Part shown: piece after piece, positions 39,001 to 49,427 of the stretch | How positions within the stretch are numbered: the stretch's first letter is position 1 | Layout: each line of letters starts with the position of its first letter | DNA from: a virus | Lineage: Duplodnaviria > Caudoviricetes | Reading direction: 5' to 3' (one strand) | DNA length: 64,000 nucleotides | Virus record (IMG/VR): IMGVR_UViG_3300010167_000019 | Location: 1 to 64,000 of that record | The notes under the pieces: generated by a model | The model's input: only the letters and a program-made list of their open reading frames with translations | The model's database searches: none | Told to the model about the DNA's origin: nothing | Position numbers and translations under genes: made by a program

Positions 39001-40502
39001 CATAACATTTGTACTCCGACAATATTTTCAATGTAGGTGTCAAAGGTGGAAGCTAATTTATCTGCTCCCTCAGTCACATTATTTTTCTTAAGTAAGTCAT
39101 TATATTTTTCAGCTGTCTTATAAACAGCCTTATCCGTTATGGCAAAGAAAATCACCTCATTGGCACTAGCAGCAAAGAGCAAAAACTTTTTAAAGTCATT
39201 GCGAGGATTAACCTTCTTAAGTTCAGATAAAGCAAAGAAGGTCAAATCATCTTCTAGGACACAGAGCAAAGGATTGGCTAGACGATAAAAGTAGCGCATC
39301 TCATCAGGGACAAAGGGATAGGTGAGATCAAAGGCATCTTGATCAAAGACACTGCCGAAAGTATTTTTAGGACGTAAACGTTTAGAGTACTCGATGAACT
39401 CAATGTAGAGCGCTTTACGTTTAACACCATTCTTCGGACTTTCATCCCGATCAGTTTGCTTCGGTCTACTTTCTCCCTCTAGGCTAGGAGGTTCTTCAAT
39501 CTTTTCTACTTCGACAGGTTCTTCGACAACAGGTTCTGGATCTTCAGGAACTTCTTCTACTTCCGGTGGAATCTCTTCAGGAATTTCCTCTGGTGGGACT
39601 TCCTTCTCCTCTTCCTTTTGCCGAACTCGATTTAAGACAGCTGTAGTGACATCGACTGGTTTCTCCTTTTCCTCAATGTCAGCATCCTCATCTACACTTT
39701 CTTCCTCTTCTGGGATGTCAGGTGGAGGATCTTCCGTTGCTTCTGTAATAGCCTTGCCGTAAGGAACAGCAAACCATTCCCAGGTGTATTGCTCCTTCCC
39801 AGGTTTAGAGTAAAAGCGATGATCCTGTTCCTTGAATTGGTAAGTAAGATTCTTTCTAGATTTACACATAGCCTCACTGATGATGGTAGCCTTGATTCCT
39901 TTATATTTACCAGAACTGACTGTAATCTCAGATTCTGATCTACCGAACCTAACCCCTTCCAGAGAGTTGAGAATTTTTTGAAATTCTTCTGGGACTTCCG
40001 GTTGGTAAGATTCAGTAAGGTATGAGTTTATATCTTCGAAGTTGAAATCAATTCTTTCTGAAATAGACATGGTAGAGTCTTCATAGATTTGCAGTTCCTT
40101 GTAATGACGCTCCAGGTGTTCTTTCACATCACGGCTAAAGATACCCTGTTGCTTAGCTCTTTTGTAGGCAGCTACCACCCCAGGTTTAGATAAGACCAAT
40201 TTATCTCCTCTGATCGTATGATGCGGGTACTTACATCCACTACGACTATAGGGTGTTACACCGTGAGGACTATTTTTGATCTTGTTGACAGGGGCTATCA
40301 AATAAGTCTCCTTCAGAAAGTCTTGCCAACTTTTGTTGTTAGGATTATTGGCTGTCTCATAACCGTCATTGTTATCCGTATCATCAAAGTAATGACTGCC
40401 CAACAGCTTATCGTATAATTTAGCACCTGGGTCTTTCCATGTCCCTGACTTAATAGCTGCTTCCTCCGAATTGTCTATTTTTAAATTGATGAATCTACTC
40501 AC
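39000..40502 (-). CDS. Putative virion protein; acidic linker and possible SMI1/KNR4-like C-terminus
   Basis: 500-aa ORF; the C-terminal resemblance was judged by eye only. Confidence 0.5.
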   Translation of the reverse strand: MSRFINLKIDNSEEAAIKSGTWKDPGAKLYDKLLGSHYFDDTDNNDGYETANNPNNKSWQDFLKETYLIAPVNKIKNSPHGVTPYSRSGCKYPHHTIRGDKLVLSKPGVVAAYKRAKQQGIFSRDVKEHLERHYKELQIYEDSTMSISERIDFNFEDINSYLTESYQPEVPEEFQKILNSLEGVRFGRSESEITVSSGKYKGIKATIISEAMCKSRKNLTYQFKEQDHRFYSKPGKEQYTWEWFAVPYGKAITEATEDPPPDIPEEEESVDEDADIEEKEKPVDVTTAVLNRVRQKEEEKEVPPEEIPEEIPPEVEEVPEDPEPVVEEPVEVEKIEEPPSLEGESRPKQTDRDESPKNGVKRKALYIEFIEYSKRLRPKNTFGSVFDQDAFDLTYPFVPDEMRYFYRLANPLLCVLEDDLTFFALSELKKVNPRNDFKKFLLFAASANEVIFFAITDKAVYKTAEKYNDLLKKNNVTEGADKLASTFDTYIENIVGVQML

Positions 40503-40559
40503 TGTTCACTCCCCCTTTCTTTTAAGAAACAGTGAGTTGGTGGTAAAAAAAGGAGCCAA

Positions 40560-40874
40560 TTAGGCTCCTTGCAATTCATAGAGTATATTGGTTATTTTTA
40601 TGATGATAGTATGCCAATTGATAGTGTGAACCTCGCTAAATAGCCTTTGTCTAATCTCATCAGCTTCTTCACTTCTCATATTGAGTTTATATAAGTACGG
40701 ATTGCCCAAACTTTGTCTCAGCTGATAGAAGAAGCTCTCTAGATCGAAATCAAGTTGATACAACTCAATTTCCATTTCCTTGGCTAGGACCAGTTTCATA
40801 CCTGCATCGAAGAAATAATCGATCACACTATTGGCTTCCCTTAACAGCTGATCATCAACATGGCTCATGCTCAT
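40560..40874 (-). CDS. Hypothetical early protein
   Basis: SD GAGGAGG. Confidence 0.65.
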   Translation of the reverse strand: MSMSHVDDQLLREANSVIDYFFDAGMKLVLAKEMEIELYQLDFDLESFFYQLRQSLGNPYLYKLNMRSEEADEIRQRLFSEVHTINWHTIIIKITNILYELQGA

Positions 40875-40880
40875 ACCTCC

Positions 40881-41411
40881 TCAAGAATTTACAACATACA
40901 TGAATTCTTCCCAACCATTAAGGTTGAGGTTGATTCCGTTCCATCCAGAATATTCTTGTACACCACTGTCAGCTTCAGGAAATATCACTTTACCCTCCGG
41001 TGAGATAACCGAAATAACCTTGGCCACTCTATCCTCATTGTAGATTTTTATCTTCTCAGCCAAGGTCAATAAGGGATTTTCAAACTCGTATTCATCAGTT
41101 TCCTTTCCCTCTAAGATGTTACCATCGAATTGTAGGGATAGGTCTGAGAGGTGCAAGTATTGGCTAAATCTCCATGGCAAGCCATAGCCGTAATTGTTAG
41201 CAATTCCTTCTCGAGTACGCAACCATTCCACGTAGAAATATCCGTGATGTTCACTGACGGCAATGTAATACCCATGGATTTCAGGCCAGAGATAAGACCT
41301 TTCGTAGCCATACTCCAACATATCCCAGTAATAAATGATGCCCTTCGAAGCAATCGTCATGCACTGATACGCTGTGGATAGAGCCTCATCGTAATTTCTG
41401 AATCTAATCAT
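40881..41411 (-). CDS. Hypothetical early protein
   Basis: SD AGGAG; tightly packed operon. Confidence 0.65.
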   Translation of the reverse strand: MIRFRNYDEALSTAYQCMTIASKGIIYYWDMLEYGYERSYLWPEIHGYYIAVSEHHGYFYVEWLRTREGIANNYGYGLPWRFSQYLHLSDLSLQFDGNILEGKETDEYEFENPLLTLAEKIKIYNEDRVAKVISVISPEGKVIFPEADSGVQEYSGWNGINLNLNGWEEFMYVVNS

Positions 41412-41425
41412 CTTCTCACTCCTTT

Positions 41426-41878
41426 CTAACCGTTGACAAATTCATCAATAACCATGCTGTCCGTACGGGCATGATAAAACTCTCGAAGGATTAATCCAGC
41501 CCTTCGATAAACCTCTTTACACTCGCCCGTAAAATCAACAAGCCTCTGGATGGAGTCACTTGGTGACAAATGGAAGGAATAAGTTCCTCTCACCTCTGGA
41601 CAGGCACGGGTTATCACCATGAGGTTATTCCAGCCTCTCCCAATATGTATGAGGAACCTGTCATGAGGATCATAAACACTAATACCTCTCGAGGCTGTCC
41701 AATTACCTCGAACTTTTGGTCCGTAGGTACAAACTATCTTGCCACCCCAAAGCCTTTGTTCTTTGATGCTGAGACTCAGATCCATAATCTCTCCAAAGGA
41801 GATACAATCTCTTTTCTCTCCAGTTTTCATTCTTATCCCTCCTTCAACTACAGCTAGTGAGGACTTCATCATCATCAC
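41426..41878 (-). CDS. Hypothetical protein, paralog of 41844..42257 (true start probably MKTGEK)
   Basis: ISFGEIMDLSLSIKEQRLWGG versus ISLGEIMDLTSSIGEQKLWSG. Confidence 0.65.
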   Translation of the reverse strand: MMMMKSSLAVVEGGIRMKTGEKRDCISFGEIMDLSLSIKEQRLWGGKIVCTYGPKVRGNWTASRGISVYDPHDRFLIHIGRGWNNLMVITRACPEVRGTYSFHLSPSDSIQRLVDFTGECKEVYRRAGLILREFYHARTDSMVIDEFVNG

Positions 41879-42257
41879 GGATTCCTGTCCGTTTCACCAG
41901 ATGGTAAAACTCTTGCATTACCAACACAGCCTGATGATAGGTTTTCCAATCCTCGAATTCCCATAACTTATAGATTGACTCATCCGAAGACAGATGGAAG
42001 GTTGTAGTTCCAATCAGATCAGTACAGGGATATGTGAGAGATAATAACTTTTCCTCTCCCCACACCTTTCTGATATGGAGAATATCATTCATATGGGGAT
42101 CATAAATCTTCAAGCCGTTATCCCAACCCTTGGCTCCAGGATATCTATGGTATATCGATCTAATCAGACTGCCACTCCAGAGTTTCTGCTCTCCAATGCT
42201 GCTAGTCAGGTCCATAATTTCTCCCAGGCTTATTTGAGTTCTTTCACTGCCTTTCAT
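41844..42257 (-). CDS. Hypothetical protein, paralog of 41426..41878
   Basis: Shared IYDPH...HI and FHLS..ESI motifs. Confidence 0.65.
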   Translation of the reverse strand: MKGSERTQISLGEIMDLTSSIGEQKLWSGSLIRSIYHRYPGAKGWDNGLKIYDPHMNDILHIRKVWGEEKLLSLTYPCTDLIGTTTFHLSSDESIYKLWEFEDWKTYHQAVLVMQEFYHLVKRTGIRDDDEVLTSCS

Positions 42258-42352
42258 CTTGTCTCCCCCTTGCTTTTAAAGTATAAAAGATGTTTCTTAT
42301 TTCATCTTCTATCTACTATTAGAATATATCAGCATAAAGGATTAAAATACGA

Positions 42353-42388
42353 AAAAATAAAGGTGGTACTAGTACCACCTTTATTTTT
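42353..42388. terminator. Perfect palindrome terminator
   Basis: aaaaataaaggtggtact|agtaccacctttattttt. Confidence 0.75.
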
Positions 42389-42392
42389 GCTT

Positions 42393-43271
42393 TTAACGAA
42401 TATTGCGCAATCGGATAAAGTATTCCAAGAGATCGATCAGATCAGCAGCTCTATCCCAATGTAGATTTTCCAAAGCTTCATCTAGGTAGGAAGTATATTT
42501 TAGAATAGTATACCCTCCACCTGAAACAGTCATCTTGATCAGAGCCTTTCCTGTTGTCTGTTCCAACCATTCAAATGTTATCCTGCGATCACCGATGCTA
42601 AGATCGAAGTATCGATCGTCATTGCGAGATGACAGTATAGATCCAACGGCAAGTTCCACTGGTCTCTGGTCACAGTAAAGGACTTTGATCAAATCAGCAA
42701 AAGTTGTTTTAGTAGTGCGAAATTTCATATGTGAGCTATCAGGTGGTATTAGTGCCGCAATGGTATCTCTGTAATAAAGTTGGTGGAAATTGAAGTGTTC
42801 AACCCTTTGGATTAGACTAAGGGTCTCTTCTTCAGTGTTGTTAACAGAGGTAGTGAGAGGGGGAAGAAGAGGTTCAGAAATTGGTTGGGCATAGACCATA
42901 ACTTTACCATCATTACGAGATGATAGATATGGTCTTACACCTTGTAATTCCAACCAAGTGAGTCGATTATCACCTCGAACCAAAAGGGTCATGAGAGAAG
43001 AGAATTCCTTTTCCTCTTCGTCGGTTTTATAAATAAATTTCCCACTATCAGCAGTGAGTACTTCCATAATCTTCTGGCCTTCGTTTATGGCAATATCAAG
43101 ATCAGATACAGGTTTAATTTCCTTCGAGTCCGTCTTAACCTTATCTAATTCTTCTTGGATTAATTTTTGTACCTCTCGAGTTATATATTCCACATTAAAC
43201 CATTGAGCCCTCACACCAATCGTACTAGACACTATTTGCTCTATCCTACGTTTTAATTCATTCCTTTCCAC
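42393..43271 (-). CDS. Hypothetical protein
   Basis: SD AGGAG; 292-aa ORF. Confidence 0.65.
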   Translation of the reverse strand: MERNELKRRIEQIVSSTIGVRAQWFNVEYITREVQKLIQEELDKVKTDSKEIKPVSDLDIAINEGQKIMEVLTADSGKFIYKTDEEEKEFSSLMTLLVRGDNRLTWLELQGVRPYLSSRNDGKVMVYAQPISEPLLPPLTTSVNNTEEETLSLIQRVEHFNFHQLYYRDTIAALIPPDSSHMKFRTTKTTFADLIKVLYCDQRPVELAVGSILSSRNDDRYFDLSIGDRRITFEWLEQTTGKALIKMTVSGGGYTILKYTSYLDEALENLHWDRAADLIDLLEYFIRLRNIR

Positions 43272-43311
43272 TCAATCATCTCCTCACGGTGAATTTTTAT
43301 CCCAAGTACTT

Positions 43312-43614
43312 TCAACCGGATCCAATGATATACCATTGGGCTCTGTAGGAGAGTCCACAAGACCAAGCTTTTCTTACTCCCAATTCAGTAGAGATAAGTG
43401 CTTCTTTATATAAGCTACAGGACCTTCCAGAGCATATAGGTGATCCACCCGTACCACTACTACTTCCAACAACCCGAGCCATCTGTTTAAGAGGACAGGT
43501 TACATCCATAGTAACCATGCCTTCGATGAAGGTATCGATGATCTCATAAGGGAGAGTAGTTGTAGCATATTCTTCATTAGCCTTGACTCTGAAAATACCT
43601 AGTCCCTTTTCCAT
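43312..43614 (-). CDS. Small Cys-containing hypothetical protein
   Basis: TCPL...ICSGRSC...WSCGL; upstream TATATTAA motif. Confidence 0.6.
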   Translation of the reverse strand: MEKGLGIFRVKANEEYATTTLPYEIIDTFIEGMVTMDVTCPLKQMARVVGSSSGTGGSPICSGRSCSLYKEALISTELGVRKAWSCGLSYRAQWYIIGSG

Positions 43615-43647
43615 TTTAAAACTTCCTTCCTATTTAATATATCAATT

Positions 43648-44139
43648 TTAATGAGCGTATTTATTGACCTTGACTGTTTCAGCTACAGGAATACTATCTT
43701 CCGTTACAGGTGTGCAGGTAACTTTCCCAGCCGTATTCAGGACTGTGAACTCATAATTCTTATGACAGAATGTGAGTAGGTAGCTGGAAAAATCTCCGCC
43801 ATCTTGATATGGGACTTGATAGACATCGATCAGCAGAAGCATCTTCGCTTCACGGATATAATCGCTCATATACCGACGTTTTATTTGGTAGCCTAAATGA
43901 CCTTGGCGCAACGTTCTATTTGCATCAGAGGGAATCGTTTCCTTCTTCTCCCAGACCAAGAGGCAGATGGTAGTTAACTTCCCAGCCAGCATCTCCTCCA
44001 CTTCAGCCTGCAGATCCTTGGGATCAAAGTTGTCGATTAGCTCTGGCATTGCATAATCACTTAAGCCCCCTTTCAAATCTCCGGTAGAAATTTTACTGTA
44101 TAAGGCTCCAGCCAATCTTTTTAAAATAGAATCACTCAT
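43648..44139 (-). CDS. Hypothetical protein
   Basis: SD GGGAGG. Confidence 0.65.
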   Translation of the reverse strand: MSDSILKRLAGALYSKISTGDLKGGLSDYAMPELIDNFDPKDLQAEVEEMLAGKLTTICLLVWEKKETIPSDANRTLRQGHLGYQIKRRYMSDYIREAKMLLLIDVYQVPYQDGGDFSSYLLTFCHKNYEFTVLNTAGKVTCTPVTEDSIPVAETVKVNKYAH

Positions 44140-44140
44140 A

Positions 44141-44725
44141 TCATTTTCCTCCCTTACTTCTTAAGATTGTTTCCAAGATTGGACCACCGCGTTCTCTAAC
44201 TAGCAGGGCAGAATAACTGGAAAGCAGATCATAGAAAATATCCCACTTGAATATGTACAGACAACGAACGACAGGTCTATGTCTAGTATCGTTACCAGTC
44301 TCAACCACCCAGCCGTTGTAAAGGATCAGGAAGCTGTAGACTGTACCCTTACGTCTTATACCGGATTTCTCACCTCGAGCAATGAAGCTACATTCCAATT
44401 TGTCCAAAGTCACCAAGGTGTCAGATTGCCATGGAACCCTACCTAGATATTGATGAGAGATCAATTTGAGATCTTCTATTTCGTCTTCCTCGACATCTGG
44501 GAATACCGATTCCAGCAATCCGCTGTCTCTATAAGTTTCCCTAATTTTGAAAAGAGTATTGTTAAAGGACCAGCTGACCAATTCTTCTGTTACGTCCTCC
44601 AGCTTAAAATCAGTAAATAATTCATGCACCGGAATTTCTAATACTAGGTCTTGGGGCAAACGGAATGGTGGTAGCTTTTTCTTAAGGGCTCGGAGAAATC
44701 TTCCTACATAATTATTAGCCAACAT
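44141..44725 (-). CDS. Hypothetical protein
   Basis: SD AGGAGG. Confidence 0.65.
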   Translation of the reverse strand: MLANNYVGRFLRALKKKLPPFRLPQDLVLEIPVHELFTDFKLEDVTEELVSWSFNNTLFKIRETYRDSGLLESVFPDVEEDEIEDLKLISHQYLGRVPWQSDTLVTLDKLECSFIARGEKSGIRRKGTVYSFLILYNGWVVETGNDTRHRPVVRCLYIFKWDIFYDLLSSYSALLVRERGGPILETILRSKGGK

Positions 44726-44817
44726 TTAAACTCCTCCTAATTCATTCTGCCATGGTAGAGTATATAATCATAATCGGAGCAACGATTTGATAACGTTGGC
44801 AAGGGAGAGATGACTGA

Positions 44818-47049
44818 ATGCGCGTTATCAAGAATCGTAGTCGCCTGATCTTCTCAGAGTTTACAAGCACTGAACGGAAGATGATCGAACAGCTTGTATC
44901 CACTATGAATAATATTTTCATCTTTCATGACCAAGATAAACAAAAAATGTACCTTCCCCCAGGGGTAGAAGATTCCATCAGAAAATTATTTCCCCGAGTA
45001 GCAATTGAAGATGAATCTTCTGAATATTGGCCTTTTAAAAAAGCAGCACCTGCAGCTGATGGTCATTTTGAGCCAAGAAGTCAAGTACAAATTGACTGCA
45101 TTGATTTTGCTTTAAAAAATGCCAAGGATATGTACCCATTGCTTGGATTTATTTTAGGTCCAGGAACTGGCAAAGCAATCCCAAATTCCACTGCAGTCCC
45201 AACTCCAACCAGTAGAGGCTATACGAAAATGGGAGAGTTGCAGGTTGGAGATTTGGTATTTGGGTCCAATGGTCAACCCATTGAAGTATTGGCTGTGTAT
45301 CCACAAGGAGAAAGAGATATCTATCAAATTACCTTTCAAGATGGGAGATCAAGTTTATGCGACCTTGAACACTTGTGGTCAGTCTTAAACTGTACTGGTC
45401 AAAAGGAAGTGTTGACCACAGCTCAGCTGATGCCAGAACCAACTGCTTACAAAATTCCTACTTTATCTGCCCCCTTACAATATAAATCTGGTGTAGTACC
45501 AATGGATCCTTACATCTTAGGAGCGTGGTTGGGTGACCATGGCCCAACCATTGCCGAATCCTATTTATACAATGATCTGCATACCCGCTTGAAATTATTA
45601 CAGGGCTTGCTGACCAATCATGCTACGGTGGATGATAATTTTGTCATAACCTACACCCCCGCAATTCCGGAATTGTTGGAGCAAGTTAGAGACTTGATTT
45701 GGAGCATTGGTTACCAGGCAAAAATAAAAGAGAATAAAGTGATTGTAAATGTGCCGAATGAATTCAAGACTGAGCTCTTCACTAATCCTTTCAAGCAATC
45801 GAGAGCGAATGCCATTAAAGCTTTCTCTCACCCCAATGCCCAAGAGTTTAAGTACTTGGGGATTCAGGATATAAAATTTTCTCACCGAGAGGAAGCTACT
45901 TGTATTCGGGTGGATTCCTTAGATTCTCTCTATGTGATTGACCAGTGTATCTTGACCCATAATACCTTTGTTGCTTCCTACTGTGCAGTTAAGGTTGGAG
46001 CGAAAGCTTTATTTATTGCCCCCACTAGTAGTACCAGAAATCAGTGGACGGAAACATTGGTCAATATGTTAAAAGTTTCTCCTTCTGCTATCACAACCGC
46101 AACAACAGCCAGAGAGTTCATAGCTGCTAAGACAGATTATGTGGTAACTTTACAAGCCACACTAGCCAATATCAATAACAACTACGACTTAGAAAGAATA
46201 TTGAAGGATAAGCAATTTGGCATTAAGATCATCGATGAGTGTCAGATGTTTTTCCAGAACATTATTAAAGTAGATGGCTCTGCTAACATTGCTCACAACT
46301 GGTATCTTACCGGTACTTTTGGCAGAAGCGCCGATGTGGAAAATAAAATCTACCATGAAATGTTTGGGAAGATTAAACTCTTCACAGTGCCTGATAGAAA
46401 ACCTACTCTATTCAATAGGAAGCCAGGTAACATCTACGGTGAGAAGCCTCATATGAACGTAGACATGTATTGGATGGATAGTGGCATAACTGAGGAGCAA
46501 GCAGAATCAATGCGTAGGGCTACACGTTATGGAATTAGTCTACCGCTATACACAGAGATGGTAATCCCATCAGATGGTACAGAAACCATATTCATCAAGA
46601 AAGTGCTAAAGATCATTAAAACAGCTGAGAGGAAAACTCCTTATGGCAGTACGTTGATTCTAGTTCCCACTATTAAATCTACCGAGGTTTTGGCTAGACA
46701 TGTTCGCAAGAGCTTTCCCGACAAAAAGGTAGGAACTTATCATTCGCACAATGATAAAAAAGAAAATGCTCGTGCTAAAGCAGAAGATGATATTCTCATC
46801 TCTACTGTAAAATCTGCAGGTACCGGCTTTGATCGGAAAGGCTTAGCCAAATTGATTGTCTTGGAGCAATTCAAAAGCTGGATCTTAACAACCCAGGTGG
46901 CTGGCAGGCTTAGACGAAGGGATGACGGGAGAGAAACATATATGTATGATATCGTGGATCGTAACATCAAACAACTTAGAGCATGGGGTTCTGTACGTGG
47001 GAAGTTGCTTAAAAAGCTCTCGAAAAAATTTACTTTAATAGAATACTGA
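44818..47049 (+). CDS. uvsW: SF2 DNA helicase (UvsW-like) interrupted by an intein
   Basis: Walker A GPGTGK|T, DECQ, LTGTFGRS, SAGTGFD and QVAGRLRR. Confidence 0.8.
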   Translation: MRVIKNRSRLIFSEFTSTERKMIEQLVSTMNNIFIFHDQDKQKMYLPPGVEDSIRKLFPRVAIEDESSEYWPFKKAAPAADGHFEPRSQVQIDCIDFALKNAKDMYPLLGFILGPGTGKAIPNSTAVPTPTSRGYTKMGELQVGDLVFGSNGQPIEVLAVYPQGERDIYQITFQDGRSSLCDLEHLWSVLNCTGQKEVLTTAQLMPEPTAYKIPTLSAPLQYKSGVVPMDPYILGAWLGDHGPTIAESYLYNDLHTRLKLLQGLLTNHATVDDNFVITYTPAIPELLEQVRDLIWSIGYQAKIKENKVIVNVPNEFKTELFTNPFKQSRANAIKAFSHPNAQEFKYLGIQDIKFSHREEATCIRVDSLDSLYVIDQCILTHNTFVASYCAVKVGAKALFIAPTSSTRNQWTETLVNMLKVSPSAITTATTAREFIAAKTDYVVTLQATLANINNNYDLERILKDKQFGIKIIDECQMFFQNIIKVDGSANIAHNWYLTGTFGRSADVENKIYHEMFGKIKLFTVPDRKPTLFNRKPGNIYGEKPHMNVDMYWMDSGITEEQAESMRRATRYGISLPLYTEMVIPSDGTETIFIKKVLKIIKTAERKTPYGSTLILVPTIKSTEVLARHVRKSFPDKKVGTYHSHNDKKENARAKAEDDILISTVKSAGTGFDRKGLAKLIVLEQFKSWILTTQVAGRLRRRDDGRETYMYDIVDRNIKQLRAWGSVRGKLLKKLSKKFTLIEY
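45175..45963 (+). mobile_element. Class-3 (Ala1, WCT) intein, 263 aa, with degenerate LAGLIDADG domain
   Basis: Starts AIPNST after GTGK; block B CDLEHLW, block F EATCIRV, block G ILTHN|T; block C LGAWLGDHG, block E decayed (LQGLLTNHA). Confidence 0.88.
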
Positions 47050-47052
47050 AGA

Positions 47053-47081
47053 ATGAGGGATGGTCACTGACCATCCCTCAT
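47053..47081. terminator. Bidirectional terminator
   Basis: atgagggatggtca-c-tgaccatccctcat. Confidence 0.8.
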
Positions 47082-47085
47082 CGAT

Positions 47086-47439
47086 TTAATTCCAAATAAA
47101 CCAAAATTCCTTAGGCGATAATTTTTTCCATCGGTTAATGGTTTCAAGAGTTATTGGTGCATCATCTTCGATCAGAGACGGATCATTTTGTTCTGCGATC
47201 CTATCCTCCTCAAGTCCTCTGATGAAATCTCTTTGTATACCCGACACCCTCTGCTCAACATGTTTTACAAGGTCATGATATCTCTTTTCTGTAAGATGGA
47301 ATTCGGATATAAGGTGTTTGTTCAAATCATCGGCACAATTTGATCTGAACACTGTATTGGCTCCGATGAAGGCTTCATAAGTTGTTAAACTTATTTCAGC
47401 CCCTCTGTTAGCCTTTTCAACGTATTGATCTCTGAGCAT
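47086..47439 (-). CDS. Hypothetical protein
   Basis: SD GGAGGTG. Confidence 0.6.
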   Translation of the reverse strand: MLRDQYVEKANRGAEISLTTYEAFIGANTVFRSNCADDLNKHLISEFHLTEKRYHDLVKHVEQRVSGIQRDFIRGLEEDRIAEQNDPSLIEDDAPITLETINRWKKLSPKEFWFIWN

Positions 47440-47660
47440 CTTTCAATCACCTCCACCACACCTACCATATAGTTGCCTTCCCTTGTAACGATCTCATCAT
47501 TACGGTATATGGTAACGATTTTAAAACTATCTTCAGATATAGCCACATTTCCAAGACCAACTGCTACATAGAGATATACTATGCCTTCTGGATGGTCCTG
47601 GAGTAACATGATTGCAGACCTATCCATATAATCCTGACCAAACTCCTTCCTTAGATTCAA
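47391..47660 (-). CDS. Hypothetical protein (true start probably MDRSAI)
   Basis: SD AAGGAG upstream of the internal ATG. Confidence 0.5.
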   Translation of the reverse strand: MNLRKEFGQDYMDRSAIMLLQDHPEGIVYLYVAVGLGNVAISEDSFKIVTIYRNDEIVTREGNYMVGVVEVIERCSEINTLKRLTEGLK

Positions 47661-47907
47661 TGATATACCTGCCAGGCTGAATGTTCTTCATCCACTTTCG
47701 TTTTATGGGAACGATCTCACCAGTGGTTGGTTCGAACACGTAACCACCTTCCATAGGATGCTCGGGATGGTAAACTTTTTCATAGACCTCTTGAGTGAAT
47801 CCTTTGTCTGGGGTATAACCTACCATCACTAATTGTTCATAAGTCATACTAAAAGCGTTTTTCAGACGGTGGTACTGATTGTCAAATACTTCTAGACTAT
47901 ATATCAC
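47620..47907 (-). CDS. Hypothetical protein
   Basis: SD GGAGGG; upstream TATATTATA motif at 47926-47937. Confidence 0.6.
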   Translation of the reverse strand: MIYSLEVFDNQYHRLKNAFSMTYEQLVMVGYTPDKGFTQEVYEKVYHPEHPMEGGYVFEPTTGEIVPIKRKWMKNIQPGRYIIESKEGVWSGLYG

Positions 47908-47968
47908 AATACTTCCCTCCTACTCTATAATATATCATTTAATTATTACCAGTATTTTAAAAATTAAA

Positions 47969-47994
47969 AAAAGGGATCCAATTGGATCCCTTTT
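47969..47994. terminator. Perfect palindrome terminator
   Basis: aaaagggatccaa|ttggatccctttt. Confidence 0.7.
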
Positions 47995-48017
47995 ACCTTT
48001 TACTTACCCTTCCTGTC

Positions 48018-48557
48018 TTAATAACTCTTCTTAGCCAGCTCGACACACTCTTCTTCGGAAAGACCTGCAGCCTTTCCAGCCTCATACCTAGCTTTCTTAG
48101 CTATAGCATCGGCGTCAATTCTTCTGGTCAGGGAGTTATAGGTTTCCGTATAAATTTCCGCCAGACTCTTCTTGTAGTACGGGTAACCAGCATCAATAGT
48201 GTTATTCTCCTGTAACTCTTCCGTGATTGGCCTGACTGGCCTTTTCTCGAAATTCTCCCGAGCTTCTTTTTCAGCCTTCTCCTTGATAGACTCGATACGA
48301 AGTTCTCGTTCTGTCTTCTCATAATGCTTTTGGTAAATCTCTTCATCCGTAGGCTCTGAAGGCTTTGATGATAATTCACACAGTTCATCTTTCAATGTCT
48401 TTTCAACCATCTTCATGGAATACTCCATGTAGGGACCTAATACTCCAGCCCACTTATCTATTTGGAATATTTCCATCAGCCGATTCATTGTGTCTACGCA
48501 TTCCACGGTCTTTTCACACGCTTCCTTGAATTCCTTGTTAGTAATAGTTATTTCCAT
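48018..48557 (-). CDS. Hypothetical protein
   Basis: ORF with SD and conserved leader. Confidence 0.65.
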   Translation of the reverse strand: MEITITNKEFKEACEKTVECVDTMNRLMEIFQIDKWAGVLGPYMEYSMKMVEKTLKDELCELSSKPSEPTDEEIYQKHYEKTERELRIESIKEKAEKEARENFEKRPVRPITEELQENNTIDAGYPYYKKSLAEIYTETYNSLTRRIDADAIAKKARYEAGKAAGLSEEECVELAKKSY

Positions 48558-48611
48558 ATTATCCCTTCTCTCTTTGTAGTATAAAAGATTTTTCTTATCT
48601 TTTATCTACTA

Positions 48612-48845
48612 TTAGAATATATAAGTGAATAACGACAATGTACGGTCAGGATCTAGCTCTTTACAATAAGCCTTCAGATAGGAAAGATCACGATCATCGG
48701 CAACACGTCGATAACTGTCGGACCAACAGTTTGGACACCAAGTTCCTTTATAAATTATACTGGTTTCCGGTAGTAGAAAGATCCTACCACAATGATTACA
48801 CTTGAACATTCCCTTTTCCCCCTTAACGTATATAGATAATAACAC
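48612..48845 (-). CDS. Small Zn-ribbon protein (true start probably MFKCNHCG)
   Basis: CNHCG...CPNC. Confidence 0.6.
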   Translation of the reverse strand: MLLSIYVKGEKGMFKCNHCGRIFLLPETSIIYKGTWCPNCWSDSYRRVADDRDLSYLKAYCKELDPDRTLSLFTYIF

Positions 48846-49044
48846 CCACTAGTACGAATACCAGGATACCTGTTGATATTATAAAATACCAAGGTACCTT
48901 ACTAGAGATACTGATGAAGCCTTCACATTTTTTAATACCACCCGCCCTACACATGTCTAAAGAATCTGGGAAACAACTTCCACACTCATGTTGCAACCAT
49001 AAGTGTTGTATGCATTTTTTGCATAAGCATTTTTTATCACACAT
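48823..49044 (-). CDS. Small Cys-rich membrane-anchored protein
   Basis: Cys-rich N-terminus plus a C-terminal hydrophobic helix. Confidence 0.6.
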   Translation of the reverse strand: MCDKKCLCKKCIQHLWLQHECGSCFPDSLDMCRAGGIKKCEGFISISSKVPWYFIISTGILVFVLVGVIIYIR

Positions 49045-49090
49045 TTTATTTTTTCCTTCCTATTATATATATCACAAAGGAGGTTTATAA

Positions 49091-49399
49091 ATGGACATTG
49101 ATATTTTGAAAAGAGCCACAGCTAAACTAGATTCATTTCTTACGGATATTTCGGAACTCCTGCATGAGGATCAAGTCACCAGTGAAGAAAAGGAAGCCTT
49201 GACTACCATCCTCGATGTAACGGGAAGTGTACTGCTCAAACTACTCAATGATGTCAAAAGTCTGGTGGGTGAAGAGATTGATTTTTTGCAAGATCTAGAC
49301 CTCTACGATGATCAGATTTTTGATTCCCCATGGGATTTATCCGAGGAGATAGACCCTTTGAACAGTATGATTAATATCGGGAACGACGATGACCTGTAA
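49091..49399 (+). CDS. Small acidic hypothetical protein
   Basis: SD AGGAGG. Confidence 0.65.
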   Translation: MDIDILKRATAKLDSFLTDISELLHEDQVTSEEKEALTTILDVTGSVLLKLLNDVKSLVGEEIDFLQDLDLYDDQIFDSPWDLSEEIDPLNSMINIGNDDDL

Positions 49400-49427
49400 G
49401 ACATAAAATTTGAAAGGAGATTAGCTT

